From: Conidiobolus incongruus B7586
Taxonomy: Eukaryota
DNA: 32,356 nt
Assembly (NCBI GenBank): GCA_000697335.1
Contig: JNEM01012531.1
Span: 1 to 32,356, forward strand
Reading direction: 5' to 3'
A program made the position numbers and the translations under genes. Every line of letters starts with the position of its first letter. The first letter of the stretch is position 1. This document shows positions 1 through 13,500 of the stretch, in pieces. Below the pieces are notes generated by a model. That model saw only the letters and a program-made list of their open reading frames with translations, had not been told where the DNA came from and searched no databases.

Positions 1-798
1 AATTTAATAGAATTAATATATTATAGTAATATAATATGATAATTTTACTTATTATTAAATAGAAAAACTTTTGAGTAAAATTTATAAAAAAATTAATTCA
101 GTTTAAGTTTATATTTTATTTCTATATTTTAATAAAAAATATAGCAAAATCTATATAATAAAGCAACTATAGTAAAAATAAATATAAAAATAATAATATT
201 ATTTCAAAGTTTAATAGGTTTTTTTAGCATTAGCTATTCAAGCTTTTTAAATTTTATTTAAATTATAAAGGACTTATATTTTTATTAAATAATTTAAGCT
301 TAAACTTTAATATATAAAATACTTATATAATTAACATTAAAATATTTTGATAATTCTATAGCTAAAATCAAAAGTTCTATTCTAATATATTATTTAACAT
401 TATTATTAATTGATAAAATAATAGTTAAAATTAGTTATCTAAATTTTAACAAGTTTTAAATAATTTCTCTAGTAATAAATAGTTAATTTAAATAATGCTT
501 TATTACCAAAATCTGCTTGTAAATTTTAAATAATTTTAAAAGAATTATAATCAAGTTTTATTAATATTAAAATAAAAGACTCTTGATGATCACTATTTGG
601 TTTAAGTATAATTAAACTAAACAATAAATTTTAAGTTAATTTATTAATCAAAAAAGTTACTATATATTTATATACTTATATAATTAAAAGCTATATATTT
701 AGCTATTTATTTTAAATATTTTTTATTATTTAAAACTAATAATATTTTTGAAAAATCCCAAATTAAAAAGTTTCCCATTTTTTTCAAGTCCAAGGTAA
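1..798 (-). mobile_element. Mariner-family DNA transposon relic, 5' part (cut by the window edge); same family as 26802-28041
   Basis: The reverse complement aligns with 26802-27130. Terminus TA|TTACCTTGGACTTGAAAAAAATGGGAAACTTT (TA at 799-800) matches TA|TTACCTTAGATTAGAAGAAATAGGTAAATTTT. The shared block 'ttttattttaatattaataa(a)acttgattataat...aaaattatttaaaatttacaa...aaattaactattta' encodes a decayed N-terminal helix-turn-helix region. The start codon reads ATA at 609-607. Confidence 0.7.
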
Positions 799-1229
799 TA
801 TAAATGTTTTAAAATTAAATGATATTAAAGTAATAATAAATTGTTGGTTAAATAATTTCTAACATTGATTTCAGCATAATTAATATTTCATTGAAAGTAA
901 GAATTTCAATTCTATTGATACTGTAGCGAAATTATATTAACAATATTATTCAATAAAATATAATATCAGTTATAAGTTTTCATCTGTTATTTTATGATAT
1001 TATAGAATATTAAAATTATACAAAAACAGATATCCTTTGAAGTTAATGAATTGCTTAAAAATTTTTTGTATAAATTAGTAGTTAAAAATAATTACTGGTT
1101 GTAGCTATATTGTAACGAAACAAAATTGATATTAACCAATTAAAATTAAATATGGCTCAAGGCCATATATGAAACCAATGAATTTGAAATGATTGATTCG
1201 ATATATAGAATCAAAGTATGCCAGCTTTA

Positions 1230-2528
1230 TCATAATTTATTGTTCATTGAATTGTTTCTATAAATCAAATATTGACCATCTACAATTTTCAAATTAGAAA
1301 TTATTTTCATACTTTTTAAACTTCCTTTTGAAACGACGGATAATACACGATGATATGGAATATCTTTGTTAAGATTTAATTTGGTCTGAGATAATATGTC
1401 CTGGTTAACTTGATCATTAAGATCGAGATTATACTGAAAATCTCCTTGATAGATATGCAATATGTATGCATCATAATCTCCTGGAGGAATTCCTAAGGAT
1501 ATCGGATCTATTGCATCATTATCTATAATTTGATATTTAGGAATCATTGTAGGGGATGAATAAAGTGAAATTGTATTCAAATGTCTTTGCAATAATTCAA
1601 AACTCGAGAAGTGACTGGCCAGAATTGTTAGTGTATATAATTGAGGTGGGTAAAAAATAGCCGAATTTTCTTCAAAATTCAACCACTGATTAGGTGTTTT
1701 ATATTCTAAAGATGCGACCTCACGTTGGGAGCCAGCAGTGTTCGGCTGGTGGAAGATAATGGGACTTGATGCCAGGTAAGCGAACACGTAAACTTGATAG
1801 TTTTTTCGGATTATGTTCGTTGGCATCCATTCTGACACAAAGTAAAGTGCTTCCAAATCTGGTACAATATTAAAATAGCGGCACAATGCAATGAATTGGC
1901 TAGAATCATTTTCAATCTTCTCGCGCCATTCTCTTGCTTCATCATTGTTGAGGGTAACTTGTGGTCGTGTCAATAAAATTCCAGTTTCTTCAAACATCTC
2001 TCGAATAGCAGTAAGCTTGAGTGTGGTTAAAATATTATGGATATTTCTATTAACATTAGAATATATTAATCAAAAGTGTTCAATATGATTACTTATTGAT
2101 ACTATTTGAAAGTAGAAGATCTTTCCAGTATTTAATATCGTCAACTGTATCAACGACTCCACCTATATATTTATTCAATACAGATATATATCAAATCTCT
2201 TGAAATAATATTATCAATATACCTGGAAACACAGTTGCTGATTTAAAAGAACCAGTTTCTGATCTATTATCAGCTTATTAATAAAACTGTAGTTGAAATA
2301 GATTAAGTAGGGATACCTCTGCATCATCAATACATCGTAACCATTGTCATTATTATGTTTCTGTATTAACATAACTCTAATATTTATTCAATTATTTGAA
2401 ATTTATAAATACTAAAAATTCAAAAATTTACGAAGCTGCTAATCTGACTATCAAAATTTAAAATTAATTATTAATTTGGACCATCATATTAAATATTTAC
2501 TTTGGATTTCGTTAGTATCAGATGTCAT
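1230..2528 (-). CDS. Nudix hydrolase, NUDT19-like (probable peroxisomal acyl-CoA/CoA diphosphatase), 6 exons, ~343 aa
   Basis: Exons 2528-2501, 2447-2432, 2376-2317, 2263-2223, 2162-2093 and 2046-1230 join in frame across GT-AG introns. Translation: MTSDTNEIQIRLAASVMLI...YDVLMMQRSETGSFKSATVFPGGVVDTVDD...TAIREMFEETGILL. The Nudix box is split by an insertion, as in NUDT19. The C-terminus NKL is PTS1-like. Confidence 0.88.
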
Positions 2529-2969
2529 TTTTAATTAAAAAATTGTTATCCATTAAATTTCAAATTGACCCATAGACAGTCCCTTAAATATATCATTACA
2601 AGTTAATTTATCATAAGATAATAACTTTATGGGTTTGAGTTATGTAATATATGGGTATGTGTTGAATTATGCCTGGATTTAATAAATTTGTTAAATCATA
2701 TGAAAAATTATAACGTTATTTTAGGTTAAGTAAAATTATTTTTTGAAAAGTAGTATAATTTCAAATATTAAATAAAAATATAATACCATTTATGATCATC
2801 GAAATTATTTAAATTTTATCAATTTAAGTTTTTAAAATATTCCTAAATAGTTTAATAATAATTATTAAAAATTTTGAATAATCTATAGATTAAATTTTAA
2901 ACTTTGAAATTAAAGCATTAAATAATTAATTTCAAAATAACTCTATAACTATCATAAATAACTTTATTA

Positions 2970-4235
2970 TTACAATTTACTTTCAATAATACGATGTCAT
3001 TTATAAATGAAATATTGAACATCCGCCATACCTAGATTCGTGATCTATTTAATACTCTTGACAAACTTATTATGAAATATGGTCAATAAATGATGATAAG
3101 GTACTTGATGACTTAGATCTCCGTCCATGTTCAGGATGAAATCCAAATGGAGGTGATCATCGTTATCATCGTATTGGAAATCGTTTGGATTGGTATGATG
3201 TATGAGAGCATCTCATTCTTCGGGGCGTATGTTTAGTTTTTCAAAGTCAATACTGTCTAATTAAATAGGCATTAATTTAGGTATCATTGAGGAGTAAAGA
3301 GATTTAGCTGGAGTGTTTAAGTCATGCTCTAATAAAATGAATGCGGGCAAGCTCTTGTCCAGAATGCAGCATTAATTGTACTGAAGTGAGAAAAAGATGA
3401 CTTATTCACTTCCTAGTTTTAGCTACTGCTTTGGTTTATTGTAAGCTAATTAGTTCGGTTCGCGTTGAGATCTTAGGGTGTTTGGCAGGCAAAAAGCAAT
3501 TGGTCGGGAAGCCTAGTAAGAAAAAAGTGCTAGACTTACGTTTAAATATTTTTGATGATATCCAGTATGATGGATGATGAGGTGCATCTAGATCTGGAAT
3601 AATATTATAACAACGACACAATGTGATAAATTGATAAGCGTCAGTTTCTGACTTTTCATGCCATTCAGTTATTTCACTATCTTTAAAGTAATCTCAAGTT
3701 GAGTAAACAAGGTTCCAGTCTCCTCAAATGTTTTACCATTACTATTAAAAATAGATCATGATATAAACATATATAAAATGGATTGCTTTTTAACCTTCTT
3801 AGATAAATAAAAATCTTTTTAATATTCATCATCATTAAATTTATCAACTGTCCCTATATATTCATCATGTAATATTGGAATTTGTTTTTATAACATAAAT
3901 AATTTCAAATGAATCAAAACATCTGGAATACAAGAACAGATTCGAATGAAGTATTTTCAGCCTTAATATTCAACTTTTAGTTACAATAAAAAGTATAAAA
4001 ATTATAATATTTTACCTCTTCATTATCAAAATATAATATCCATCATCTTTCTCGGGTTTTTGGATTAATATTGGCCTATACGCAGTCCATTTTTGAATAT
4101 CTATTCATTTTAAATAATTCGAAATATAAGTTACGAAGCTGCTAACCTTACTATAAATTTAAATATTTGAGTTAATCAAAAGTCAGTTGAATATATTATA
4201 TATTATTTCCCTTTTGATCTATCAATATCTGGTAT
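2970..4235 (-). pseudogene. Decayed tandem paralog of the NUDT19-like Nudix gene
   Basis: It has the same micro-exon (VRLAAS, ~4134-4149), FEETGTLFTQ (~3730-3700), LCRCYNIIPDLDA (vs LCRYFNIVPDLEA), the remnant DDNDDHLH and the ending IESKL*. The start reads ATA (4235-4233), the first donor reads GG, and there are several frameshifts and stops. Confidence 0.85.
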
Positions 4236-5547
4236 TAGTTTTTCAATTTTTTATAAAATCTAGAATTCACCATACACATTTGCTCCTTTTATACTTTTTC
4301 ATTCTTGGTAAGATTAAGAGAATGTCATTCTTATTGTCACAATATTTTTGCCTTTAATATGTCCCTAAAATTAAGGCATAATCTTATCAATAAGATAATT
4401 TGGACCAAAATTAAGCATATGGCTATTATGATCACAAAAATACATTTTATTACTATGTATTTTGTATTAAATCTTAAATAATATAATGAAATTGATATCC
4501 ATTTATTAGAATTCTATTTAATACTTTTTTATAACTGTATTATTCTTCATTCTTAAAAAAATTGTCATATTTACATATACTTTGGCCAATTTTATGGTCG
4601 AAAATTACTCTCGAAACAATATTCCTTCAATGAAAATATTTTTTGTGCTTTGTTTGGATCATTTTATCGACTATTTTTAGCTTTGCTGATAATGGGAAAT
4701 GGATAAATTTTAATTTTATCATATTATATAATGATAATAATGAATCTAAAGCTCTGATGTATTTTTTCAATAATAATTAATTAGCCTAATATTATAAAAT
4801 AGTGTATTTTACAAATATTAAATCTCGTCATTAGCGTGTATTTTTAAATATTGAAAATATTTTATAAAATAGTATAGTTTAAATCTAATGTTTATCATAA
4901 TTCAAGCAAAGTAATATAGGAATTAATATAAATATTATAAATAATACACTTGCTTTAAAAAAATTTTATCTCTAAATTCTTTAAAATTAATTGAATAAAT
5001 ATCATTTTGATTAATTTGAGTTATTATTATATATTTTTATATTTTAATGTAACTATTTTGAATTCTCTTACAATAATAATTGATTATTTTGTTCTTAATT
5101 GAAAAAAGAATGAAAATCTTTATACAGTTCGCTATTTAAAAAGATTGGTTGAATATAGCTATAGCTATGTTGAAATATAAAAAGTATATTATATATTAGC
5201 CATTTATTTATCCTATTGTTTAATACATTTTTTATTCACCAATTTCCTGCTTTCAATATTTTGCAAATAATTAAATCCAATCCCATTAAAATTAAAACTC
5301 TTCAATTGTACATTAAAAATAATTTGGATCCCCTAATACATTCCCATTTTATTAATTTAATTCAAGATCATTAACATAAAATTAAATATCATTAATATCG
5401 TTCACATTGAAAATATATTTATACTGTGTAATCATTAAACCATTGTCATTATTTTTATTCTCAAAAATTTTATTTGGTAAAATATGAATCAAAATATATA
5501 AATTTATAAAATTAATTTTATTTTTAGTAAATAATTTGTACTGAATC

Positions 5548-8500
5548 ATGACCTTTAGTAAATCGAGAGTGGCTTATTGTTATGACGGTAAGTTTATTTT
5601 ATCAATATTTTCAGAATTGTCAATTTTTTACAAAAATTGAATTTCAAAAAATCTTAAATATTAATTTTAACTTACATCTTCATAATTATGTAATCGCTGA
5701 TTATTTTATAAATATTTAGAAAATATCGGCAATTATCACTATGGTCCAGGTCACCCTATGAAACCTCTGAGAGTCAAAATGTGCCACAATTTAGTTATGA
5801 ATTACGACCTCTTCCGCCATATGAATATCATTAATCATAAACCAGCAGAAAAAGAGAGAATTACGCAGTATCACAGCGAGGATTATATTAATTTTTTGGA
5901 GAAGATAAATCCTAGAAATACTAATCAATTTAGAAAGGAGCTGTCAAATTGTGAGTGAGTTTAATGTGTTTTTGGATGTTGTACTAATTGATAATTGTTT
6001 GAAATTAGTTAATGTTGGAGAGGATTGTCCTGTGTTTGAGGGTATTTATGATTATAATGCATTGGCTGCTGGTGGTACAATTGGTAAGTGTTATGCTTAT
6101 ATTCATTATTTTTGAGGTATTAATAAATCATTACTAGAGGCCGTTTCGCAGCTAAATCATAACAAAGCAGATATAGCAATCAATTGGTCAGGAGGTCTCC
6201 ACCACGCTAAACGCTGCGAGGCGAGTGGTTTCTGCTACGTTAATGACATTGTTCTTGGTATTTTAGAACTTTTGCGTTATCATCCCAAAGTTCTCTACAT
6301 CGATATCGACGTTCATCACGGCGACGGTGTTGAGGAAGCTTTCTTCGCTACAGATCGTGTTATGACCCTATCGTTCCACAAATTTGGTGAGTTCTTCCCA
6401 GGCACTGGAGATCTTAGAGTATTTTAATTTTTTGTGTTTATTTCATAATCATATTAACGATTATCGTTTAATAGGATATTGGTTATGGTGAAGGTAAATA
6501 TCACTCGATTAACGTCCCTTTAAGATCTGGTATCGATGATGCAACATTTCAAAGCATTTTTGAACCTGTAATTTTATATTAATATCGATAATTAAATGAG
6601 TCAGTTTTATTAATTGCTTTCTAGGTAACAAAAGCTTGTATTGATTGGTACAATCCATCCGTAATTGTACTACAATGTGGAGCCGATTCATTAGCTGGAG
6701 ATCGTCTAGGATGCTTTAATTTATCTGCAACTGGTAATAATATCTAATGTATTCCTATTATTCTATATAACTTAACTATAATTAAAACTTAGGGCATTCC
6801 AACTGTGTCAAATTTGTGAAATCTCTCAACCTTCCAATGCTTGTCCTGGGAGGTGGTGGTTACACTGTTCGTAATGTAGCAAAATGCTGGACTAAAGAAA
6901 CAGGTGTATTATTAGGCCAAGATTTAGATAATAGTATGTTAATTATTAATTTTGCATAATTTTTATATTAATAATATTGATTAGAATTACCTATAAATGA
7001 CTATTATGATTTCTACGGTCCTGAATATCAATTAGAAGTAGAACCGTTATCCATTGAAAATTTAAACACTCAATCCTATATTCAATCTATTACGTAATAA
7101 TAACTTTACATTTATTGAATGTATTACTCACTATTTAATAGAGAAAAAGTGATCAAAAATATTAAAAGATCTCAAAATAATCCTAATGTCCAGATGCAAG
7201 GTATATTAAATTGATGGTTTTTTATTGGGTTATTAATCGGAATATTAGAGGTGCCTGGTGATATGGTTGATAGAATGGATGTAGATGACGATGAGGATAA
7301 TCCAGACGTTCGAATTAATCGTAATTATCTATTCAAAAATTTTCTTAATATAATAATTAAATTATAAATAATTTAGAGAGATTAGCCAATTCACTAATTG
7401 CCCACGATAATGAATATTTTGGAGGTAAATATGATGCCAAGGAGAGAGACCACTCCGGTTATAATTTGGATTCTACACCTACGGGAAGTCGAGCAGACGC
7501 AGAATCTGACGACGATTCTCAGGCTTCCAACGCCAAGTCCGATACTCCTGCAGAGCGCCCAATTTCTAGAAGACCTACACTGGGAATGTCTGCTCAGTGG
7601 GATGCTTTCCACCCTGTACATCCCGCTCCAATCGTCGCACATTCTCCTAATTTGCAGGATACACCAAATACTCAGTCGCCAATTTTCTTTGTTGCATCAC
7701 CTCGAGAGAATAGAAATGGCCAATTAAACGGTATTCGCTACGAAGAATCTAATGATGTCAAATCTCCAGCTTCCGCTTCCAATGACATCAAATCTCCCAT
7801 CCCAATTTTAAATGATGTTAACTCTCCAGTTGCCACTTCCAGTGAAGGCAAATCCCTCATCGCAACTTCTAATAATATTAAGTCTCCTTCTGCCAATTCC
7901 AACAATGTTAATTCTCCAGCTGCTGATTCCAACGATGTCAAATCTCCAGTTGCTAATTCCAACAATGCCAAATCTCCAACTGCTAGCTCCAATGTCGAAG
8001 ATAATGAAAGACCCAAATCCAGTGGAAAAGGATCTCCATCACCTCCTACTCGTTCACCAACTCCCAAATCTCCCACTCTCAATTTCACTACTGCCAAATC
8101 TCCCATAATTGTACCCAGTACTACCAAATCTACTGCCTCTATTTCCAACGATATCAGATCTCCTACCGAAATTTCTAACCCTGAAAACATCAAACGAGTC
8201 AAATCCAGTCATAGTGGATCAAACACACCGCCTAAGCATTCTCCAATCCAGTCAACTGACGAATATCAAACCAACCAAGCTAGTATCAATTTGGAAAAAT
8301 ATTTGGAAGAAAAGCGCAAGCAAGTAAATTATGATGAGATTGACAAGGAGTTGGATTGGAGTATGGACGATGATAATGATAAGGACAAGGATAAAAAGCA
8401 GGATGATATTAATACCAGCGAAATTAACAACAATGATAATAATAACACAATTGAAGAAAAGAAGGATGATGAGATGGTTGATGTTAATACTAACGAAAAT

Positions 8501-8632
8501 AAGGAAGCGAATGATAATAATATCAACGAAATCCAAAAAGAGGATCAGGTTGTTCATAACAATGAAATCACAAAGGAGAGTGATAAAGTTGATGATCAAG
8601 TCAAAGATACCGACAAAATGGAAACTGACTAA
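5548..8632 (+). CDS. RPD3: Class I histone deacetylase (RPD3/Clr6/HDAC1-type), 11 exons, ~821 aa, with a long low-complexity C-terminal tail
   Basis: Exons 5548-5587, 5720-5950, 6009-6083, 6138-6418, 6475-6567, 6625-6733, 6793-6933, 6985-7093, 7142-7200, 7249-7320 and 7377-8632 total 2466 nt in frame. Motifs: [70 protein letters not shown]. The last exon runs in frame into the 388-aa track ORF. Orthology to RPD3 is inferred. Confidence 0.93.
7748..7987 (+). repeat. Coding tandem repeat, 8 x 30 nt (10 aa, consensus SN[DN][VI]KSPxAx), in the HDAC tail
   Basis: Units: [10 protein letters not shown] / [10 protein letters not shown] / [10 protein letters not shown] / [10 protein letters not shown] / [10 protein letters not shown] / [10 protein letters not shown] / [10 protein letters not shown] / [10 protein letters not shown]. 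Confidence 0.9.
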
Positions 8633-8893
8633 ATCAATGCTATTCTATTTCAAGGATACTATTACATTATTCTGAACTATTCTTCGTTAATGGGGTTTAT
8701 TTATGACCTCATCAAATGATATCAATTATCAATTTATATTTATTACACTTTGATTTTAGATATTTTGGACATTTTTCACATTACATAATAGTTGATAATT
8801 ATGATAATATTAATAAAATTTCAAATTTAATTTCTGTTGAATATATAATTTTAATATTTGTAGAAAAATCAATATGCCATTTTTGATTCATTC

Positions 8894-9291
8894 TGTTAAG
8901 AGACTAGTTCTCTAAATTCTTATATACACTTTCATATAATCCAATTAACTATAAATTATATGATTAATTTATACTTATGTAGTTAAATTAATTGTATAAA
9001 TAGTATTAAATTATCTAATAAACTAGGTTCCTCTTTTTCCTCTCAATTCTTACTATTTTTACTTTTACACTATTTCTAAAATTGAGACTATATTTTGTTG
9101 ATATTGTAGGATATTAGCACTACCTAATATAAATCTTAATATATTAGTGACTCATCCTAGTTTGAAGCTTAATTAAACTTTGTTTACACTTGCACACTAC
9201 AGCCACATTATATTACCATGTTCTGCACCACACTACTTTTATATTAAGTCTTCCTCTACACTATATTAGCTTAACTACCACTATACTTATA
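8894..9291 (+). repeat. 5' LTR
   Basis: Starts TGTTAAG and ends TTATA (the 3' LTR ends TTACA). Colinear with 14548-14945. Confidence 0.95.
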
Positions 9292-9662
9292 TAGTAGCAG
9301 TGACAAAACTATTAAAAACCTACTAGATATTAATAACTATCTGTATCAAACCTAATTCTTACTATTTTTACTTTTACACTATTTCTAAAATTGAGACTAT
9401 ATTTTGTTGATATTGTAGGATATTAGCACTACCTAATATAAATCTTAATATATTAGTGACTCATCCTAGTTTGAAGCTTAATTAAACTTTGTTTACACTT
9501 GCACACTACAGCCACATTATATTACCATGTTCTGCACCACACTACTTTTATATTAAGTCTTCCTCTACACTATATTAGCTTAACTACCACTATACTTATA
9601 TAGTAGCAGTGACAAAACTATTAAAAACCTACTAGATATTAATAACTATCTGTATCAAACCT
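9045..9662 (+). repeat. Exact tandem duplication, 2 x 309 bp (LTR 3' part, PBS and leader)
   Basis: 9045-9353 equals 9354-9662. Junction microhomology AATT(C/A)TTACTATTTT. Confidence 0.95.
9292..9303 (+). promoter_or_regulatory. Primer-binding site, initiator tRNA-Met-like
   Basis: TAGTAGCAGTGA directly follows the LTR. One G->A change from TGGTAGCAG, the complement of the ...CUGCUACCA end of many eukaryotic initiator tRNAs. Confidence 0.6.
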
Positions 9663-10054
9663 AATTATTACTATTTTAAATCTTATCTATAATTTATTTC
9701 ATTTAAATTTAACACTATACACTATAATACCACCAAAAAAGGAGATACCCTCATATTATTTTAATGATGATAGCAGCTTAATTACTAAGTAAATCTAAGA
9801 CTTTAGTCTTTAAAAGCTTACTGCCCTTTAAGAAGCTTATATTAAACAACTTTTGATTGAAAAAAACATGTCTTAAAGAGTTTAAATCCAACAAACCAAC
9901 TATTTTACTATAGTTAATGCTTTAAACCACCTCCTTAGTGTCTTTAAAAACAAATTAACTACTTATGATAGCTTAAAAAACCTTTATAAGCTTGAAAACT
10001 ATCTTAAAAACATGAAGAATTACTTTGATTTAATTCCTGATGAAGATTTAGAGA

Positions 10055-10550
10055 ATATCCTTAAATTAGCCACTTCTTTTTTGGAAAAATCTGTTTATAC
10101 TTGGTAGTTAACTCATTACAAGCTTAATCTTAAAGAATCTTCAGGAGGATAGCTTACTACAAGGATACAAACTTTTAAACAATTAGAAAAAGCCTTTAAA
10201 GAGAGGTATTACCCAAAAAATCAAGTTTGATTAGCAAGAGAAAAGCTTTCCCAACTTAAACAAAAAACTTCTACAAGATAATTGATTGAGAAATTTAATG
10301 AGATATCCTTAAATTAGCCACTTCTTTTTTGGAAAAATCTGTTTATACTTGGTAGTTAACTCATTACAAGCTTAATCTTAAAGAATCTTCAGGAGGATAG
10401 CTTACTACAAGGATACAAACTTTTAAACAATTAGAAAAAGCCTTTAAAGAGAGGTATTACCCAAAAAATCAAGTTTGATTAGCAAGAGAAAAGCTTTCCC
10501 AACTTAAACAAAAAACTTCTACAAGATAATTGATTGAGAAATTTAATGAG
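10055..10550 (+). repeat. Exact tandem duplication, 2 x 248 bp, inside gag
   Basis: 10055-10302 equals 10303-10550. Junction microhomology ATAT(C/G)CTTAAA. Confidence 0.95.
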
Positions 10551-13500
10551 ATATGCTTAAACATACCAAATATCACTGAAGAAGAATAAATCCACAAACT
10601 ATTACAATGCTTTAACCTTTAAGTGAAGCTCTAGTTAGTTAGTAGGGAACACTTTGATAATATGTTTTTTTTTGACATTTGTGATGCAGCAATTATAATT
10701 GATGATATTTTTTACTCTATAACTAAATCTTCCCACCCTAAAAATTAATCTTTTAAACTTTACTCTAACCCACCTAAGTCTCAAATGATAGATGTTTCTG
10801 CTTTAAAGCTTCATGAGAAAACCTTTAGTAAAGAAGCTAAAGCCTACTTGAGAACAAACAAAGGTTATTATTACTGCTAAAGGACTCAAGTTAACTATAG
10901 AGCTAACAAATACCTTTTAAAGAAGCAACATCTGTTTAATTCTCAATAATCTTAACTTACCAACCATAAATCAAACCTGAATAATATTAATATAACCTTA
11001 GAATCACCCCTTTTATAATTAGTTAGCAGATTCTAATCTAATCCACAAAAGTTCCAATAAACTAATGATTCCACAAATCAAACTATGTATACTAGAGAAA
11101 TCCAACTGATTAAACCACTAGAAACTAGAAATATTCTAGTAACTAATCTACCTTGTGATTCTTTACCTTTAACTATCACCCTATTGTTTGTGTTAACTAG
11201 TTCTTTTATAGATATACCTGTTAGTGTTCTAATTAACTCTGGTTGTTCTAGTTGTATTATCTCTTCTTTTATTGTTGCAAAGCTATCTTTACCTACCTAA
11301 AAAAGTAACTTGATAATTAAATATGCTAACAACTTAATGGAACAGGCATTTAGTACTGTATCTGGATACCTATCACTACTTCCTAACTACTCCCAATATA
11401 TTAAATTCTTAGTTGGTAACATTAGTCACAATTTTATACTAGGTTAAAATTGGTTTGAATATCACAGTTTTATATCTATGGATATTACCCCAAAAAGCTA
11501 CAAATCTATCTTTTTCACATTCCAAAAGAAATTAGTGGAATTAATCTCAAAAAATCTACATTACCCTACTATAAAACTATTAAATGCTTTACCTAACACT
11601 AACTCTACAATTGTGGCAAATAATTCTATCATTATAAGTAAAAATCAATGTAAAAAGCTAATCAAAAACCTAAATAATTTATAGGGATATGTATCTGTTT
11701 ATTATTCATCTATCAACACTTCATCTGTTGATTTTAATGAAGTTATATCTAATAACCACTTCCTATATAATATAGTAAGTTAATTTGCTAATGTTTTTGA
11801 ACCTGTGAATAAATTACCACCTAAACATAATATTGAACACAAAATTAAACTAATCCCTGGTACACAACTATACTTAAAGCTTACTTACCATTTATCTCCT
11901 GAACAATACTAAACCTTAAAAGAAGAAATCCAAAAACTACTTGAAAATGGGTATATTAGACTTTTTTCTTCACCATAAGGATCTCTAATCCTCTTTGTAC
12001 AAAAAGCTGATGGTGGTTAGAGATTATATATTAATAACCATGTTTTAAACTTTAAAACTATCAAGGATAAAACCTTATTACTAAACTTATATGATGTTAG
12101 GGATAAACTACTTGGATCAATTATATTTACCAAACTAGATGTTAGGAATAGATATTACAACATTAAAGTTGAAGAAAACTTTATCCCTTTAACTGCTTTC
12201 AACACTCTTTTAGGCCACTATGAATTTACTATTATAAACTTTAAATTGTGTAATGCTCTTGCAACTTTCACTTAATTCATCAATTCCCTTTTCAACCCTG
12301 TTTTTAATGACTTTGTTATCACCTACCTTGATAATATCTTGATCCATTTAAAAACTAAAGAAGAACATATTCAACATGTTAATCAGGTTTTATAAATTAT
12401 TCAAGAACATAAATTACCTTTGAAACTATCAAAATGTATCTTTAGTGCCTCTTCTGTCCTTTTCTGTAGTTATATTGTTTCCTCCTAAAGAATTAGTATT
12501 GATCCAACTAAACTCAATAGTGTTAAAGCCTTTACTATACCTATAAACAAAGATCAACTTATGTCTATACTTAGATTATTGAATTACTTTAAAGATTTCA
12601 TTGATTCTTTTGTTAAACTAGTTGCTCCTCTTACTAATCTCTTGAAGAAAGATTCTCTTTTTGAATAGACCCCACTATACACTTTTAGCATAAATGCTTT
12701 GATTTTCTATATTACCAATGTTCCTACTCTATCTATCTTTAATCTAAAACTACCTACCATTATTTTTACTGACTCTAGTTCTTTTGCAATTAGTAGATGG
12801 TTAACCTAGTTTGAATTTAATTCATATTTTACTCTATAACTATGGGATAAAATAATGAATAGGGGAGAATAGGTTGAGTTTAACCCTACAAATGTTACCT
12901 TAAAACCAATAACATTCTGGTTAAGAAAAATAAAACCAGCTGAATTGAAATACCTAGTCCATAAACAAAAACTCCTTGCTTTAGTAGAAATAATCAAAAA
13001 TCACTCACATTTCTTGTTTTACAACCCTTTCTTAACACTTACAGATCATAAATCACTTATCTACTTAAATACTCAGAAGCATTTATTAAGAAAACAAGTT
13101 AAATGGATTAAAACTATCCAAGCTTACTTTTTCCTTATTCAATATCTCTTAGGTTAATAAAACCATGTTGTAGATACTTTGTTAAAAAATCTTACATACC
13201 TACCCTTTTGTTCTAATTGCAAAAATCCAGCAAATATTAACTCAATGATCATTAATGAAGGAAATAAAGAATTTATTAAACTACTTCAAGAAACACTGCT
13301 AAATAATGATTTCTTTATTTCAGTTAAAGAAGAACTCTTTAAACCATTAGAAAACCAACTAAAATATGTCAAAAGATCTAAATATAATACTCAACTAAAA
13401 TATGGTAAACTTATTCCCCTACAAATCCCTAATGAAACTTAACAACAAATCCAGCTTGATTTCATAGAAATCCTTAAATCAACAAATAGTTATAATAACT

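Noticed and set aside
7394..8675. Overlapping alternate-frame and antisense ORFs (7394-7642, 7398-7727, 7738-8202, 7812-8108, 8252-8599 and others)
   Set aside because: These are shadows of the low-complexity HDAC tail. Only the 7466-8632 frame joins the spliced gene.
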